Assembly (NCBI GenBank): GCA_963664815.2
Contig: CAXXHB010000002.1
Coordinates: 768,001-832,000, forward strand
DNA length: 64,000 nucleotides
Direction: 5' to 3'
From: Spirochaetota bacterium
GTDB lineage: Bacteria; Spirochaetota; UBA4802; UBA5550
The notes under the pieces were generated by a model that saw nothing but the letters and a program-made list of their open reading frames with translations, did not search any database and was not told where the DNA came from. This document shows positions 60,119 through 64,000 of the stretch, piece by piece. Numbering within the stretch: position 1 is the first letter of the stretch; each line of letters opens with the position of its first letter. The position numbers and the translations under genes are program-made.

Positions 60119-63100
60119 TCAGTTTCTCATATCCTCTCTGTAGATATCAATGCTGAAGGGAATGAATTTATCAAGAAGTGGTTCGGCATCCCTGTTTGAT
60201 CTCGCGAGATTGACTCTTGCATACTCATTTTCCTGGTTCATCTTCTGCCCGTAATCAATGGCTTTCCAGTATGCAAGATCGCGTTTCTGATGCTCTTCGG
60301 TCTTCTGATAAACTGCTCCAAGGTTGTTGTATGCTGATGATAAAGTCTGAAACAGTTTTACATGTGATTCTTTTGATAAATTCACTACTTTTATTTTGTC
60401 CGCTTCGTATTCCATTACAGATATTAGTTTCAGGTATTCACCTTTAGCTGCTTCGTAATTACCAGGACCTGTACCATTTCCTGAATTATAAAATGCATTG
60501 CCTAGTGAAAGCATAAGCTCGGGAGACTTTACAAAATCATCATAAAGATGCAGCCAGAGATTAAGTGCAAGGGAATATTCTCCTTTGAGATAGTGTATTC
60601 TTCCCAGGTTATAGTAAAGCTCGGATGCTTTGAAGTTGATCATCTGATTTTCAGTATAATAATTCATTGCACTCAGATAGTATTTTTGTGCAGAAGAATA
60701 ATTATCCATTTTTTCTTTATCATTATCTGCGATTTCATCAGAAAGCGCGCCTTCATTGTTTTTAACTTTATCAAAGTAATAGTAAAAAATATTCCCAAGA
60801 TATATATTGGTTTTACCGAGGTTTTCTGTTTCTTTATAGAATTCTTCTTTAGTAAACTCGGGTTGATAAGAAAATTTTTCAAGGGCGTTTTTTAAACATT
60901 TATATGCCTTAACGGGTTCTTTTGTATTATAGTAGTATTCACCTTTCAGTTGAAGAGCACTGTAATATTCAGGTTCAAGAGCCAGCGCTTTATCCAGATA
61001 TCTTTCCATCTCAATCAGGTTGTGTTTGGCAAGGTGAAAGCGTGCAAACTGGATATGAAGTTGCGGATAATCCGGATTGCGGTCATTCAGCGCTTTGAGA
61101 ACCTCCAGAATTGCAGGATCAGTGTTATCATTGGAGTCAATAAGTCTGGGGGATACTACACCATAATCGATTCTTACATTTGAATCACCTTTTGCTCTTT
61201 TATCGAGATAATATCCGGCAAGTTTTGAGAGAAGAGGCGATGGAAGTTCCTTTAGCATATCTTTTTCACGTAATTCAGCATGTACAGTAGCTGTTAGTGG
61301 AAATGAGTCTCTATCAATATAGAGATTTAGAAGTCCGGAATATCCCACAACAGAATCAGGATCAACTTTTAATATATCTTCATAATATTTTTTAGCATTA
61401 AGATACTGCCCCTGATAAAAATAAGCATTTCCAATACCAACAAGAGATGTTATATTTTCTTTATTAACAAGTAGCGCCCTTCGATAAAAAGAAATAGAAA
61501 GATCAAGGGATGAATTTATTCCCTGCATCTCTTTTTTATCGGTGAAATACCATTTCTGGATATTAGGTTTTACTGTTTCAAAGTATTCTTTGGATTTTGC
61601 ATAAAAATATCCAAGATTATTAAGCGTATCAAGATTAGTTTTGTCGAGGTTATATGCTTTATTGAGTTTCTCAAGAGATTCAGGATAATCTTTATTTGTC
61701 AGATATGCTCTTGCATATTCATTATAACCATATAGAAAATTTTTAATATATTCTTCATCGACTTGACTGAAAATCTTCTCAGCTTCATCGTAATTCTTTT
61801 TCCTGTCAAATCGTTCACCTTTGTGGCCGCTGTTTAAGATAAGAGCAACTCCATCCCGGATCAGTTTTTTAGCCATGTAAGGTTTATAAATAAACTGATA
61901 TGAAAGTATTGTTACAAGAAAAGCGACTAGAAAAGAAGCCCCGAAAATTCCTGTTGCTTTAACAAGCTTTTTCTGTCTTTCTCTTCCTTCAAGGGAATAT
62001 TCCGGTCGGGAAGCTATCACCCTTCTTTTTTGTGATGTTTCATTAACAAGATCAATTTTTCTTTTCAGCTTTTTCTCAAGGAAACCGTGAATGGAATCTT
62101 CAGATTTTCCTGTGATAATCATGTCAACGAGTTTCTTCATCTCCGCTGATGGCAGGAGTTCGTTGATTACAGTTTCTCTTATTACTTGTCTGACTCCGGG
62201 ATTAAAAAGAATTATTGCTTTTTTTAATCTTGTGACATCCTTTTCAGAAAGGTCTATTTCGGGAGAAGCTACTTTACTTTTCTTTGATGGTTTAGGAGTT
62301 TCTTGTTCTTCAGATTGATCAATAATATCATCATCAAGCGGTTCAATTGTAAGAGTGTCATCTTCTTGCGGATTGTCTTTAAATTCATCAGTTATTTTTT
62401 CAGTTCCCGTGCTTTTTTTTACGGGGGAAGATTCTTCGAATGCGTCAGGAATATCTTCAATGTCAGCAAAATCATCAGTGAAAGAATCTATTTCGTCTAA
62501 TGTACTTGTCCCAACTTCGTCAGGAGCTTTCTCTGGTTCTTCAAGGTCATCAAAAGAATCAGGAATATCTTCAATTGGTTCAATTTCATCATGCATCTCT
62601 TTTTCCGGAGTCTCGGCGAGATCAAGATCACCCAGATCAATATCCGGAATATCTTCAGTTTCAGCTTCCGGAATTTCAACTGACTCGCTTACTGGTAATG
62701 CATCAAGATCAGGAATATCAAAATCTTCATCTTTCTCAAGAGAAAAAGTTTCGGCACTTTTTCTGGGTTTTTCATCATGAATTTCATCAAATTTTTCTTC
62801 AGGTTCATCGGTTATTTCAGAAACTTCACCAATAATATCAACATTATCAGTTTCATCGATAAATGATAAATCTGAATCGGAAAGAGGCATTATTTCTTCC
62901 AAATCCTGGATTTCTCCATCTTCCAGTTCTGAAATATCTTCAATTTCATCGTGACCTATTTCATGAACATCTTCATCAAACAGTTCTTCATCCCGAATTT
63001 TTGATTTAGTTTTTTCTTCAGGTTCAGCATCTTCAAAATCAATATCAAGATCGGAAGGCATTTCAGACTCTATATCTTCAATATCGCGGCTGGACGAATT

Positions 63101-63238
63101 GATTTTTTCTGAATCGACAGGCTTGGTTATTATCTCCTGCGGTTGGGGCACATCAGAATCCGTTATAACATTAATTATACGATTAATCTCAGAGAGTTCT
63201 TCAGGTGTATAGTTTATTTCAACTTTTTTAACAGCCAT
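60119..63238 (-). CDS. flcA: FlcA-like periplasmic flagellar collar protein (acidic N-terminus, TM, TPR repeats)
   Basis: ~330-aa D/E-rich N-terminus, single TM, multiple TPRs (LNNLGYFY, VGIGNAYF, YNLGRIHY, YNNLGAVY); sigma28-like promoter upstream. Confidence 0.7.
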   Translation of the reverse strand: MAVKKVEINYTPEELSEINRIINVITDSDVPQPQEIITKPVDSEKINSSSRDIEDIESEMPSDLDIDFEDAEPEEKTKSKIRDEELFDEDVHEIGHDEIEDISELEDGEIQDLEEIMPLSDSDLSFIDETDNVDIIGEVSEITDEPEEKFDEIHDEKPRKSAETFSLEKDEDFDIPDLDALPVSESVEIPEAETEDIPDIDLGDLDLAETPEKEMHDEIEPIEDIPDSFDDLEEPEKAPDEVGTSTLDEIDSFTDDFADIEDIPDAFEESSPVKKSTGTEKITDEFKDNPQEDDTLTIEPLDDDIIDQSEEQETPKPSKKSKVASPEIDLSEKDVTRLKKAIILFNPGVRQVIRETVINELLPSAEMKKLVDMIITGKSEDSIHGFLEKKLKRKIDLVNETSQKRRVIASRPEYSLEGRERQKKLVKATGIFGASFLVAFLVTILSYQFIYKPYMAKKLIRDGVALILNSGHKGERFDRKKNYDEAEKIFSQVDEEYIKNFLYGYNEYARAYLTNKDYPESLEKLNKAYNLDKTNLDTLNNLGYFYAKSKEYFETVKPNIQKWYFTDKKEMQGINSSLDLSISFYRRALLVNKENITSLVGIGNAYFYQGQYLNAKKYYEDILKVDPDSVVGYSGLLNLYIDRDSFPLTATVHAELREKDMLKELPSPLLSKLAGYYLDKRAKGDSNVRIDYGVVSPRLIDSNDNTDPAILEVLKALNDRNPDYPQLHIQFARFHLAKHNLIEMERYLDKALALEPEYYSALQLKGEYYYNTKEPVKAYKCLKNALEKFSYQPEFTKEEFYKETENLGKTNIYLGNIFYYYFDKVKNNEGALSDEIADNDKEKMDNYSSAQKYYLSAMNYYTENQMINFKASELYYNLGRIHYLKGEYSLALNLWLHLYDDFVKSPELMLSLGNAFYNSGNGTGPGNYEAAKGEYLKLISVMEYEADKIKVVNLSKESHVKLFQTLSSAYNNLGAVYQKTEEHQKRDLAYWKAIDYGQKMNQENEYARVNLARSNRDAEPLLDKFIPFSIDIYREDMRN

Positions 63239-63444
63239 TAATTATTCCGGGTATTATTATTCCTGTTACTGCTTAAAGAAATGAAGGAATTCTGATATCC
63301 GCTGCGAAAGGATATAGAAGATATATTAATCCTTCTTTTTTAGACGGCAACATCTTCCTTTTTAGTTAAGAGACATAACTGATATAACATTTTTTGTAAA
63401 TTAAAAAAACAAATAAAATTTCATTATAAATATTTCTTGGTTAT

Positions 63445-63471
63445 ATATCGACATATAAGATGTACAATTGA
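63445..63471 (-). promoter_or_regulatory. Sigma28-like promoter TCAA-N15-GTCGATAT upstream of flcA
   Basis: FliA-like -10 with 15-nt spacer, upstream of a flagellar gene. Confidence 0.6.
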
Positions 63472-63583
63472 ACCAAAATAGTAAAAACGGTGATAATAAT
63501 GACCGTGTAATCAATTTGTATGGAGTAAATACAATAATCAGGATTTATTCCTGTAATTTCAGTATCAGATTATGAGGATATGG

Positions 63584-64000
63584 ATGAAGGGGTTTAAAAT
63601 TTTAAGTTTAATAGTATTGTCAGTAATATTGACATCATCAATGCCGTATGACAGAAAGGTAGTTTATTATTATACTCTTACGCAGTTAAAAAATGCCGGT
63701 TCGCCAGAAAAATTGAGATTAATCATAATTGATAACTTAGCTACAGGGAAACCGCTGGTAGCAGATGGTCTTCTTTTTACATATAAGGACAGGAAAGCTG
63801 AAAAGGTTCAGATTTCCGGAAATTTTTCCTCTTGGAAAATGATGAAAATGACAAGAGGAAAAGATGGTGTCTGGTTCTATTTCCTCTCTAATAGTGATTT
63901 CGCAGGGAGAGTTGAATATAAATTTAATGTTGATGGATTGTGGACTGAAGATCCCTACAATGCATTCCGGGAGGATGACCGAAGAGGGTCATATCTGTCA
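63584..64000 (+). CDS. Exported glycogen-binding (CBM48/AMPK-CBM-like) domain protein; 3'-truncated
   Basis: Not in the ORF track. SD GAGGA, MKGFKILSLIVLSV signal, AEKVQISGNFSSW...DGVW...YKFNVDGLWTEDP; open to the window end. Confidence 0.85.
   Translation, partial: MKGFKILSLIVLSVILTSSMPYDRKVVYYYTLTQLKNAGSPEKLRLIIIDNLATGKPLVADGLLFTYKDRKAEKVQISGNFSSWKMMKMTRGKDGVWFYFLSNSDFAGRVEYKFNVDGLWTEDPYNAFREDDRRGSYLS

Noticed and set aside
201-62835. Numerous short ORFs antisense to or overlapping the called genes (e.g. 2825..3370, 33719..34300, 62355..62780)
   Set aside because: Shadow ORFs within well-supported genes, with no recognisable motifs.
62250-63200. Repetitive-looking acidic region in flcA
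   Set aside because: Low-complexity D/E-rich coding sequence, not true tandem DNA repeats.
1-64000. tRNA/rRNA genes, IS elements, prophage, defence systems, selenoprotein UGA read-through
   Set aside because: No cloverleaf or rRNA signature, transposase, integrase, phage gene or UGA-split gene was seen by eye.

Overview
AT-rich bacterial chromosomal segment, most likely from an anaerobic spirochaete of the Leptospira-related lineage (inferred from a spirochaete-type FlaB flagellin and a FlcA-like flagellar collar TPR protein). It is mostly housekeeping: RNA/tRNA modification (RlhA-like U32, RlmD-like, THUMP methylase, RluA, RimO, QueF, MnmH), lolA-rodZ-rimO-pgsA-pgpA, glucan phosphorylase, PBP1A, LpoB/COG3014 lipoproteins, trpDCFBA, murI, comM/yifB, glyA, psd, and c-di-GMP/two-component genes. 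No rRNA, tRNA, CRISPR array, transposase or prophage was seen. The most interesting signals are non-coding. (1) A ~400-nt ORF-free element at ~9220-9620 lies directly downstream of a sigma28(FliA)-like promoter and is built from repeated UAAC/AUGGUCAA motifs and short hairpins (candidate flagellar-regulon ncRNA); it is divergent from an 829-aa degenerate-GGDEF gene. (2) A ~170-nt rod-shaped RNA candidate (6S-like) lies upstream of lolA. (3) An apparently leaderless Trp-Trp-Trp attenuator peptide starts inside a 34-bp perfect palindrome. (4) TetR operators control tandem Fe-S paralogues. (5) CsrA-type hairpins sit in the flaB leader. All calls were made by eye from motifs; no database searches were run.
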